A DNA stretch of 64,000 bases from contig NW_024705126.1 of NCBI RefSeq assembly GCF_018977255.1, positions 1 through 64,000 of the forward strand. The letters run 5' to 3'. The position numbers were made by a program, and so were the translations under genes. Source of the DNA: Callorhinchus milii (taxonomy: Eukaryota). The notes under the pieces were generated by a model. That model did no database searches. It had not been told where the DNA came from and saw nothing but the letters and a program-made list of their open reading frames with translations. Shown piece by piece: positions 10,368 to 21,317 of this stretch. Within the stretch, counting starts at the first letter, position 1. Each line of letters starts with the position of its first letter.

Positions 10368-12413
10368 CAGTGAGGGAAAAAAGTATTTGATCCCCTGCTG
10401 ATTTAGTACGTTTGCCCACTGACAAAGAAATGATCAATCTATAGTTTTAATGGTAGGTTTATTTGAACAGTGAGATACAGAATAACAACAAAAAAATCCA
10501 GAAAAACGCATGTCAATAATTTTATAAATTGATTTAAATTTTAATGGGGGAAATAAGTATTTGACCCCTTTTCAATCAGAAAGATGTATGGCTCCCAGGT
10601 GTCTTTAATATAGGTAACGAGCTGAGATTAGGAGCACACTCTTTAAGGGAGTGCTCCTAATCTCAGCTTGTTACCTGTATAAAAGACACCTGTTCACAGA
10701 AGCAATCAATCAATCAGATTCCAAACTCTCCACCATGGCCAAGACCAAAGAGCTCTCCAACGATGCCAGGGACAAGATTGTAGACCTACACAAGGCTGGA
10801 ATGGGCTACAAGACCATCGACAAGCAGCTTGGTGAGAAGGTGACAACATGATAATTGGTTTTTTTACCCTTCTATCTGGCAACAAAACTGACACCTTTTT
10901 ACAAAGAGTCATGTTTGCATAGACCGCAATACCAGCAGTCATAATACAAACAAAAGAACATAACTCTGATAATGTATGCACTGTCCTTGAAGTTGATTGG
11001 TCCACACCCCCGAGACAGCTTTCCTTAGAGCCTAGTCTCACATGGTGTTGGACCAGATGACGCCAACACCATGTGAGACTAGGCTAAGGAAAGCTGTCTT
11101 GGGTGTGGACCAATCAACTTCAAGGACAGTGCATACATTATCAGAGTTATGTTCTTTTGTTTGTATTATGACTGCAGGTATTGCGGTCTATGCAAACATG
11201 ACTCCTTGTAAAAAGGTGTCAGTTTTGTTGCCAGATAGAAGGGTAAAAAAAAACAATTATCATATTTTTACTGGCAAATGAGGTTCCCATAGTGAAGGTG
11301 ACAACAGTTGGTGCGATTATTCGCAAATGGAAGAAACACAAAATAACTGTCAATCTCCCTCGGCCTGGGACTCCATGCAAGATCTCACCTCGTGGAGTTG
11401 CAATGATCATGAGAACGGTGAGGAATCAGCCCAGAACTACACGGGAGGATCTTGTCAATGATCTCAAGGCAGCTGGGACCATAGTCACCAAGAAAACAGT
11501 TGGTAACACACTACGCCCTGAAGGACTGAAATCCTGCAGTGCCCGCAAGGTCCCCCTGCTCAAGAAAGCACATATACATGCCCGTCTGAAGTTTGCCAAT
11601 GAACATCTGAATGATTCAGAGGACAACTGGGTGAAAGTGTTGTGGTCAGATGAGACCAAAATGGAGCTCTTTGGCATCAACTCAACTCGCCGTGTTTGGA
11701 GGAGGAGGAATGCTGCCTATGACCCCAAGAACACCATCTCCACCGTCAAACATGGAGGTGGAAACATTATGCTTTGGGGGTGTTTTTCTGCTAAGGGGAC
11801 AGGACAACTTCACCGCATCAAAGGGACGATGGACGGGGCCATGTACCGTCAAATCTTGGGTGAGAACCTCCTTCCCTCAGCCAGGGCATTGAAAATGGGT
11901 CGTGGATGGGTATTCCAGCATGACAATGACCCAAAACACACGGCCAAGGCAACAAAGGAGTGGCTCAAGAAGAAGCACATTAAGGTCCTGGAGTGGCCTA
12001 GCCAGTCTCCAGACCTTAATCCCATAGAAAATATGTGGAGGGAGCTGAAGGTTCGAGTTGCCAAACGTCAGCCTCGAAACCTTAATGACTTGGAGAAGAT
12101 CTGCAAAGAGGAGTGAGATGTGTGCAAACATGGTGGCCAACTTCAAGAAACGTCTGACCTCTGTGATTGCCAACAAGGGTTTTGCCACCAAGTACTAAGT
12201 AATGTTTTGCAGAGGGGTCAAATACTTATTTCCCTCATTATTATGCCAATCAAATAATAAAGTTTTGACATGCGTTTTTCTGGATTTTGTTGTTGTTATT
12301 TTGTCTCTCACTGTTCAAATAAACCTACCATTAAAATTATAGACTGCTCATTTCTTTGTCAGTGGGCAAACGTACAAAATCAGCAGGGGATCAAATATTT
12401 TTTTCCCTCACTG
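10368..12413 (+). mobile_element. Tc1/mariner DD34E transposon copy 1, disrupted
   Basis: TA|CAGTGAGGG...CCCTCACTG|TA with ~200-bp IR/DR-type TIRs. The transposase is split by a 445-bp insert and has a small C-terminal deletion with a premature stop. Confidence 0.95.
10849..11293. other. Fold-back (palindromic) insertion with a 13-bp target-site duplication
   Basis: Arms 10848-11051 and 11063-11263, an 11-bp spacer and a 30-bp unpaired tail. Flanked by gaaggtgacaaca at 10836-10848 and 11294-11306. Confidence 0.9.
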
Positions 12414-12479
12414 TATGTGTGTCGAACTTCTTTCGTACAGTACGTAGTCAACCGTGCTAATCGGAGCTGCGGGGGATAG

Positions 12480-12780
12480 GACAAGACACTTAACACAAAA
12501 ATCAGTTGTAAAGAAATGCGATTTAAATCTAAATTTAACAGTGCATAGCCACAGTGGCTTCCAAATATCAGACGGAAGAGCGTTCCAGACGGCCGCCGAA
12601 GCGCATCTGAAAGCGCGCAACGCGGTGACCTCCTTTGTTGGACGGTTAGCCAGAAGCCGCTGTTGCAAAGATGATGATGGTTGATGCTCCTTGACGAGAT
12701 CAGCAAATGTGTTGTGGTTCATTTGTGGCAAGCACTTTGTGTGTAATGAGTGTACATTGCACCTAATCGATGCTCAGTAA
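12480..12780 (-). mobile_element. L2/CR1-type LINE 3' end fragment
   Basis: Minus-strand translation RAFRCASAAVWNALPSDIW...FKSHFF matches the typical L2 ORF2 C-terminus. Confidence 0.6.
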
Positions 12781-12840
12781 CGGTACTGTCGGGGTGAACA
12801 CAGCCGCAAGAGGATTATGAAAAACGGCCTCCCTCTAGCC

Positions 12841-12900
12841 CAGGGGTCGACAACCCGCGGCTCAGCAGCCACATACGGCTCTTTAAGGGCTGTTTCGTGA
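12841..12900 (+). mobile_element. Truncated hAT (Charlie-like) 5' end
   Basis: ctctagcc|CAGGGGTCGACAACCCGCGGCTC; no matching right end found. Confidence 0.45.
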
Positions 12901-13107
12901 AGTTTTCTATTAAAGGACCGTCTCGTATTCACATGCATTGAAATATTGAGGTTTTTTTTTACCGAATTCGAACTAATTCATCTTCTCGTTCTCCTGGTTG
13001 CCGACCCATGCTCTAGCCTGTCTGCCCATGCTCCCATTTCTAACGCTTTCTTACAACTTTCCATACCCCCCCTACATACTCACCTTCATCCACCGCGCCG
13101 TCCCTCG

Positions 13108-13174
13108 CCATCCATTGTCATGTGACCATCCATTGTCACGTTACCATCCATTGTCACTTAACCATCCATTATCA
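13108..13174. repeat. 18-bp tandem repeat x~4
   Basis: Unit ccatccattgtcacgtta. Confidence 0.85.
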
Positions 13175-14799
13175 ACTTCCCCGCCGATCCGTGACCGCAA
13201 CTCCTCACGACTTCACAACCCATTACTCCACTCTCACCACCAATGGATTTCGCTGCACTGCCGTACCGTAAAAGCCCCCTCGCACCGACATAATAATAAT
13301 ATACCAGGCGTGCATGCGTGGCACATGGTGTCAAGAGTCGGAAAAGAATCCACCTCCCCCCCCCACTCTATTATAATATTAATCAGGATACTACAAACTG
13401 CATCCCCAAGCCAGAATTGTTGACGAGAGTTCAACACTTCCCCGAGCAGGCGAACACGCTACCACAGGCCATGTCCTCTCCCGCCGTGATCTTGGCGAGA
13501 AACCAACATCACATTCACAGCGGTGAAGGTGCCGCCAATCCGCGAGGCAGGCAGAAACGGGCTAAAGTAAATCAAGATTAAAGTAAAAGAGTTACTTTTT
13601 GCGTACATGAGCTGAGGTTCGAGCTTGAATACCAAATTAAAAGAAACATACCTGAAAGAAATCTCCGGGACAATTTGTTGTGCACGCGTTGACACCTGAA
13701 TTAAATTATTTTCTTCATTTTTAAATAATGAATGTGTAGCCACCGGACTGGACATAGGCTCTACAAGTTGGGAAGTGTTACACATCCCACGGTGAGCAAT
13801 TGCACGGTGAGAGTGTACTCCTTGGTGATGGTGTGCGCTGTACATGGGGAGCGGTGAGCGCCGTTGGTTCGAGCTCGGATTCCCGTGTTCTTATGGGCCA
13901 GCAACCCTTTAGAGCTTCCTGCAATCGAACGTAAATCTGCCTAATCGTCAGTTAGATTGTCGTCTACAGTTGATCATTAACAATTATCTGAGACCGCGCA
14001 ATAATCCAACTTCCAACATTTTCCGGAGGTCCCAGGCCGATCCGGCGAAACCGGCAAAACCGTTTCGAAGGCCGCAACCAATCCGGTGATCGGCGCCATG
14101 TGCGTGACAAAAGACTAGGTGTCCTTGATTTTGGTGTTAAATATGATATATACAGTACATTATACACTACATACAAATGAAACAAAGAAAATACTGCACG
14201 TATGTACATCACCCCATGCAGAGTCTTCGAGATTGCAGTGGTAAGTACGGCACAGTAAATACGGTAACTTTTTAAAGTAGGATATTTATTTTTGTCTATG
14301 TATATGTTTATTATGCCATTTGATTTCGTAAACAAATATAAACACCCCTACAATGTACAAGAATGTGCAAAAATAAGATATTTGAAATTATTACGTGAAA
14401 ATCCGGCATCCCCTCGCTCCCAAAGCCGCCAGATAAACGTAACAGTAATGTTTAGTTAACATTATGATAGTGGTATTGGCGGTGATTATTTGAAATGTTA
14501 AATATCATGAGGCACAAGATAATGTTGGCACGATAATGCTGTTACAATTGCGTATAACCAGTGCACCTCCGATTAGCATGATTGGCTGTGTACGGTATGA
14601 AAGAAGTTCAACATGCCTTAGACACGAGTATGCACATGGCCTTAAGTTAGCCTTGTTTTACAGTCTTGTTATATGTTATGATTGAATTGCAGTAATTCTG
14701 TGAGCGAATTCAATGGCATGATTATGCAAAAATTTCTGACGGTAATGCCTACTGGTGTTTTGATACACCGTTTGGTTTCAGACCCCACAGGGTTGATTC

Positions 14800-17185
14800 A
14801 ATTGAGTAGCTGTCTAGTACCACAGATATTGTAAAAAAACGTTTCTCATATCTGAGTCAAATGTCTATATATGACCAAAAGGCATGAAGGTACATCTGAA
14901 CCGTGTGAGGAGGGCATCTAGGGCAGTCTGGAGAGGCGTCTATGAACTTGGCTTTTTTCTCATTGGTCAAATAGGTGCCGTGCATAAATTTGAATTGGAT
15001 GAGATTTAGTGGTAGCGATTTTGGGCCAGAGAAAGGGGCCCGCCAGATTTGGATCCATTTACGCTGGGGATATCTTGGCCCAGATGTTTATTCCAGAGTT
15101 TTCTAGTGGTAGTTCTAGTCTGAAATCCCTCGCCGTCCACGAGGCAGTATGCCTCCGCTAGTCTATATTTGACTTTCCGTGTCTCTAACCAGTCTATTAT
15201 CACGCATACTGAATGGCCAAAGTTCTTGTCTGGGGTTTTGGTGATGACGTCCTTTATCTGTAGGTTACTAAATAAATGTGTCTGGGAATGTTGTATCTTG
15301 CTTGTAGCTGTTCTAGAGGATAACAAGTTGCCTTCTTCGGACAGAGGTCACCAACTTTTCCAGTCCTGCCACTTTCCAGCTGGGACAACTTATCTCCTTT
15401 CCCAATTTTCAACGGAGAGTTATCCTATAGCAGGGACAATCTATGAAAGGGCGTTGGGAGGGGATATTTTTGTCCCTACATATCCCTAGTGGAGAGGAAA
15501 CTGTCCACACCGATTTGATGCTCAGGGGCATATCTTTGGTCCATGAGAGGGAATTCTTATAAAGGGACCATGGACTCACAGACCCCTCCTCCCACCTTTT
15601 ACAGTATTTGAACAGGTCAGGGAGAGCCATGCTACTTGCCTTCGCAAGGAGGGTAAGGGAGTGATAAAATATATCCGCGCGAGTTTACAGTTCCAGATGA
15701 AGGAAATATGTGAGTGGAGTTTTTTTTAAAGAAGCGTCTTGGCATCTAGGAAGGAACCATTCGTAAGTGGCGTAGGGGTTTTGGGAGAGCCATCATTTTA
15801 ACCAGATGAGCTCTGTTGTGGAGAGAAAGGGGCACGAGTAAGGTGACAATCTCCTGTAGCAAGGAGGGGCATTCTATTGAAGAGCGATGTTAGAGACGAG
15901 GAGATTGTCACTCCCTGGTATTTGATGTGGGTTGGGCACCACTTCAAAGGGGCATCAAACCCTCTGGGGTTTCGGGGAGGTAAGTAACAGGGGCGTTTGT
16001 TCCAATTTAGCTGCGTTTAGCTTGTACCCCGACGCTCTCCCGTACCTCCCCCCACTAGAGCCATAATGGCGGGGATTAAAGTCTTTGGATCCTTAAAGTT
16101 GATGAGGACATCATCGGTGTACAAGTAAATTGTATTCTCCACTGCTCCACAACTTACCCCTGATATTGTTAGCGACTCTGGATACCCACAGTGAAGGGCT
16201 CCAAGGCCAGAGTAAATAATAGTGGGGGAAGGGGGAAACCTGCCTCATGTCTTCGCTTTGGCTGAAAAATTGGGGATGCCAAGCCATTCGTGACCAGCAT
16301 AGCTGATGGGTTAGCATGTAATAGTCTGTATATGTCAGTGAATGAAGAAGGGATGCCACCTGTATCCATAACCCGGAATAGGAAGGTCCTCTCCACCCTG
16401 TCAAAAGCCTTTTCATCATCTAGGATAAGGGCATAGACAGATAGATTGTCATTTGTGGGTATTTTACTGTATTGACCAGGGCCTTCGCGTAGTTGGCCAA
16501 TTCTCTGTTCCTAAGTAGTCCCGTCTGCGCTTCGACAATGGCATCGGAAAGGCCCTTTCCATGAAATTGCTAGATCTTGGAGAGGAGTTTGTAGTCCGTG
16601 CTAAAAAGTGAGATGGGGCTGTAGTTACCTAATACCTCCGCTGGAGTGTCCAATTTATACGAGTGAAATATGAGGATATATCCGGCTCACTGACGTATCA
16701 CAACTCGTCATGGTGATTGGCTCTGCCGGTCCTGGTTTACAGCCAATGGGAGGAAGCCTGGGGGCACGGCCCTGACATGATGGAAAGGTGACAGCTATAA
16801 GGATTGGTTCTGCTGGTTTTGGCCACAGCCAATGGGAAGAATAGTTAGGGGCGTGGTCCCGGGAGCTGACGAGGGAGCCTAGAAGATTCCATACAGGCTA
16901 ACGAGAATTGGCGGAAACGTACCACGTGACCCGGGTATTAAATAGGGGTGGAGACGAACGACACGTGGGGAGAACGGGAATGAACAGAAGAAGGGGGCCA
17001 CGCGGGAGCGGGGCTCCGAGTTGCCACGTGGCAGTGCGTCTCTCTCTCTATCTGTCCCTCTCACGCTGCCTATCAGCAGCGTGAAGTAAAATTTAATATA
17101 AGTTGAATAAAAGACGGATTCCAGAAGTCGCCTCAACGAGCTTTATTACACGAGACTGAGATCCTGGCTTCATTCTAGGTTAAAT
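14800..17185 (-). mobile_element. Degraded L1-clade LINE ORF2, interrupted by a solo LTR
   Basis: Minus-strand motifs NYSPISLFSTDYKLL, LDDEKAFDRV, PLPPLLFTLALEPF and LYTDDVL with many stops; left boundary approximate. Confidence 0.8.
16664..17150 (+). mobile_element. Solo LTR
   Basis: TGAAATA...TATTACA termini and a 4-bp TSD cgag (16660-16663, 17151-17154). Contains repeated CCAAT boxes, TATA-like tattaaata and AATAAA; the LINE frame rejoins across it. Confidence 0.85.
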
Positions 17186-17865
17186 CGAGATTTTAAAGTG
17201 CATGTGGGAGGAAACTGGAGCACTCAGAGATAACTCACACGTGCAAAGGAGCAACACTCTAACCCATACAGATAGAAGAAATGGGAATCCACAATTTCTG
17301 TACTGCATTTCTTTCTAAAGCCACGGTAGGCAGCTTGACGGGGGCGAGAAAGGAGTTTCACAACTAACAATCACATCACATTCCAAGCTGACGCCTGCTT
17401 AACTTTTCCCAGAATTGGAAAAGATCTGGTGGCATTCCAGGTGACGTTTTTATTTAAATGGTGAAGTATAGTTAAACAATCACCATAACTGGCGTGGCAT
17501 GAAGAGGATTTCATCCAGCCGTGAATTGACAAAGGGTTGTAATTTTTATTCAATTTCAGAAAGCAATATTTAACAACAAAAATGCTTTATTTTACTATTA
17601 TGATTTATGATCAATAGCATTTAAGGGTAACGCATTTGGTTGCATATAAATTAAAAGTGAATTAACACTGAATGGCTTGGTTTTCTGGATTGTAATGCAT
17701 CCATATACCACGGTCGTCCCTTTGCTGATTTTACAGACACTCGCAACATGTAGAGTCAAACTTTATAAACAGATTCGGTCATGTGTGTGAACCAGTCATT
17801 AATCATAGCTGTATTCATTCAGATTTTTGGAAACATTGATTAAATCCCAAAATCACTCCCAACGT

Positions 17866-18184
17866 GCCTATGAGAAATTCCCGAGAATGCATCCAACTCA
17901 TAACTCCTTGGAAACGAACGAAGCAGTGGTGAGCTTGTGATAGTGCTTGGATGAGTGACCACCGCACACAAAACAGATGCGAAGGGCTGCGGTGGGGCTA
18001 CGTTGCCTGCAGAGCGCAGTGCAGAAAAATACACGGTTGTACAATCGTCTGCTTCAACGCCTAAACTCTCTGCCTTCCCGCAACCCGTGCTGACCAGCTG
18101 GTCAGCGAGGTCAAAAAACTCCACGGTGACTCACAAGGTGTGGGAAAGGCCCTCATCCAGCAGTGGAATGTCAACAGTGGCTGA
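17866..18184 (+). mobile_element. 5S rRNA-derived SINE-like element, degenerate
   Basis: 5S-like head 17866-17988 (tagtgcttggatgagtgacc) and tail ccctcatccagcagtggaatg; paralogous to 36692-37004. Confidence 0.6.
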
Positions 18185-18339
18185 GAGTGCGCCTAATTAA
18201 TCAACCTTCGATCGTGTTAAAAAAATCAACTGATGTGAAATATCCGTGGCAACCCAAGTCATTTTCAACCTAATTGGCTGAGCGCCACCACGCCTGACTG
18301 CAGAGTATTCCCTTGTAATTTGAAGGCGCCTGGCCACAA

Positions 18340-18481
18340 CCCCTCCATGTGAACGTTCGTAATGAGCACGGAACCACGAGAGCGTTATTGGACACGTGAT
18401 ACCCAAAACGTATAAAAGAGGGGGTTGGCGCGTGGCGCACTGAGCTTTCTGCTGCAGACATCCAGTGGCACCACGGTGAGT
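18340..18481 (+). promoter_or_regulatory. Putative OR2 promoter and short non-coding exon 1
   Basis: TAATGA at 18360, ATTGG at 18387, CACGTG at 18393, TATAAAAG at 18411 and donor acg|GTGAGT at 18476. Acceptor caccAG ends at 19507, 19 nt before the ATG. The block is conserved upstream of OR3. Confidence 0.7.
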
Positions 18482-19526
18482 TTATACACCTGGGCTTGGG
18501 GGGTGTTTAATTCGCACTCTGTGTCACACTCGCTCGCCTCCTTCTAAGCTAAACGTTACAGATTTTGTAATTAAGTTTGCGTTTTTACGTTGCAATAAAA
18601 TGCGATGTCACGGCTTGAAAATACGTATCCAAAACAACGTCTGATTTTACGTGAAATGTACTATATTACTTATAAAATATATTCATAATATGCGTAATTA
18701 TGGAAAATGTCAGAAACTCACTTCGAGAAATGCATGTTCAATGCATCATTGTCCATTTAATCAGATTTGAATAAGCGCTTCATTTTTTGGTTTGTGAAAT
18801 TCACCGCCGTGAAGCCTTATCAAGTAGAATAAAAACCATTTGGATTGGCAAAGTTTCTGCATGAGACTACATATCAAAATTCTGACGGTTAGTAAATTGA
18901 CTTAATACAATTAAGGTACACACACCCTTACTCGGCATAATCCTCATCATTATGAATGATCCATGCACTGCTGAATGAACGACTTTGCAAGCCGTTTTCA
19001 AATCTAACAGTCTGATGTCGAAATTTATTTAGCTCTTGCACCTGAGCCAATTTTCATCAATCCATCTTTTCAGTGGACATGACGTCTCTAACCTGCGTCG
19101 GTTATTCAGTCCAAGCGTTCCTCTATCTTGCTGTGATACCGAGCAAACGCCTCCTTCCTTTGTTTCTCATCCATGTCTAGCTACGTTGCTTTTCAGAAAT
19201 TATTTATTTTTCCGTGAGCACTCCAAACCTTTGCTTGCTCTGTCCCCCACTTTATTTAATCGTTTTGATTCCAATTTGTCTTCATTACGTGAACAAGGCT
19301 AATATACCGTGTTGTCTTATAACTCTAGAGGGCATTTGGCCTACTCTTCCAAACTAACCAAGCAGGAGTATCCACACTTTACCCCAACATAACGCAACCT
19401 GAAAATATTGTAAAAAAAACCATAGCTTTCATATTAAACATCCCTGCCATCTGAGCTTTCTAATACAGTATATATTTTTTTTTATGTGAATATAATTCCA
19501 TCACCAGTTGTCGTTCGGCGTCGGCA

Positions 19527-20509
19527 ATGGAGAACGGCAGCTCGGCATTCTACCTCTCCACGTTCGAAGCCTCGTACTCCGTGCAGATGGTCATCTTTGG
19601 CCTCTGCCTGCTGCTCTATGTAATCACAGTTGTAGCCAACCTGCTGGTCTTCGTGGCGGTGCTCATGTGCCCGGAGCTGCACAAGCCCATGTACTTTTTC
19701 CTGGGAAACATGGCGTTGGCCGACATCATCGGCTGCACCAGCTCCGTGCCCAAGCAGCTGCAAATCCTGCTGACGGGCGACACCAAAATCCTGTACGAGT
19801 CTTGCCTCGTGCAGATCTTTTACGTTCACGTGTCCGGCAATCTCGAGTCGCTGACGCTATCGGCCATGGCTTTTGACCGTTACGTGGCCATCTGTCACCC
19901 GCTGCGCTACCACACCATCGTCACAGCCAAGAAGACGCTCGGAGTCTTGGTGCTGATTTGGGTGATTGCCACGCCGGCTTGCATGGCACTCGCGCTGCTC
20001 GTCACGCGGCTAAACTTCAGCGATGACAATCGGAAAATCCAGGGGATATTTTGTGATCACATGGGCGTCGTTGTATTGGCTGAATCAGACATCAAGGTTA
20101 ACAATGCATATGGGACGGCGCTAACGGTGTTGTTGTTTGTCTTACCGCTTATTTTTATTAGCTACAGTTACGTAAATATTTTCATTGAGTGTCGAATTAA
20201 ACGATCAGCTGAGATTACCAAGCATGGTTTGAACACTTTGCTGACACACTTCTTGGCGCTATTGATATTTTTCATCACTATCTTGGGTTCCACATTCATT
20301 CCTCGATACATTAAAGATTTAAAACTCCCATAGTCCGAAACGTAAGGTGCTTTATCCAGTTCGGCATCCTTGCTATACCCATGGCAAATGCATTGATATA
20401 TTTTTTTCGCACTAAAGAGCTAAGGAAAGGAATAATGACGTCCTGTAAACATACATTCCTTATAAGAAGACTATTCCCAAGGTTTTTGAAAGTTTCGTCC
20501 ATAAGTTAA
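19527..20509 (+). pseudogene. Olfactory receptor copy OR2 with one 1-bp frameshift; possibly intact
   Basis: A 268-aa ORF, then a 1-bp loss at gatttaaaactccc (20316-20329; OR1 has gatctcaaaactccc). The remaining C-terminus matches OR1 to TAA at 20507-20509. Confidence 0.88.
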
Positions 20510-20635
20510 ACCCAATTTTAAGAGTCAAGCCATAAGCTCAATAACAGTTAATCATACAACTGCCTTTGCTAGAATGTTAGGTAGAACTGATATTATTGTA
20601 ACTAGAGTCTAAGCTTTCGTGACTGCAAGAATTAC

Positions 20636-20830
20636 TTTTGGTTTCTTTCGGTAAAGTCACGTAGAAAATAAAATCAAATAATAATAGAATACGACGTTTC
20701 GGTTGCAATACAAGCAACCATCATCGGGTAAGAATGAATGATAAAACACAGACACGGAAACAACACAGGCAAACAACATGCAGAGAGAGACATACACAAA
20801 CACAGCAACAACATAGGTAGACACAAATGC
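20636..20830 (-). mobile_element. Short PLE-derived element, uninterrupted paralog of 1466-2945
   Basis: Same degenerate hammerhead and tail; contains the empty Helitron site. Confidence 0.65.
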
Positions 20831-21009
20831 TACTGGGAGGGTCTACTCACAACTCACACTTTACTTCTAATTTAGCAATCTTTGGGAGAACGTTAATCAA
20901 CAAGTCTATGCGTTAACTGTGCGTTAACCAAGCGTCTGTGTTGCATTGCATTACACTTCTTAATTTTACTAAAATTGTTTTCTCAAACTTCGATTTTCTT
21001 GCTCTAAAC

Positions 21010-21317
21010 CATTGTCTCTCCTCCGGCCACTGTGGTCTGGCATTCCACACTGCTCCACTCGTTTGTCCGCCTCCGCAGTCCTCTCTCTGCCGCGGCCCGT
21101 TCCCCCGTCTCTCTATTTACGGCCTCGGCACAGAGTCGTTGTCCTTCTGTTTGTCTTGGTGTGTCTTTGTGTGTGTCTCTCTCTGCCTTTGTTGTTTCCG
21201 TGTCTGTGTTTTATCATTAAATCTTACCTGATGACGGTTGCTTGTGTTGCAACAAAAACGTCGTATTCTATTATTATTTGATTTTCTACGTGACTTTACC
21301 GAAAGAACCAAAGATTA
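21010..21317 (+). mobile_element. Short PLE-derived element, paralog of 3130-3435
   Basis: CTGATGA at 21228-21234 and the shared tail; inverted relative to 20636-20830. Confidence 0.65.

Larger units (their letters stand above)
1..12413 (+). repeat. Segmental duplication, copy A (paralogous to 19169-30388)
   Basis: Base 1 (atccatgtctagctacgttg) matches 19169. The two copies stay colinear at high identity through the OR, Helitron, RTE, RepHel, LTR and Tc1. Confidence 0.95.

Noticed and set aside
10706-11281. Two similar ORFs on opposite strands
   Set aside because: A by-product of the palindromic insertion, with no protein motif.
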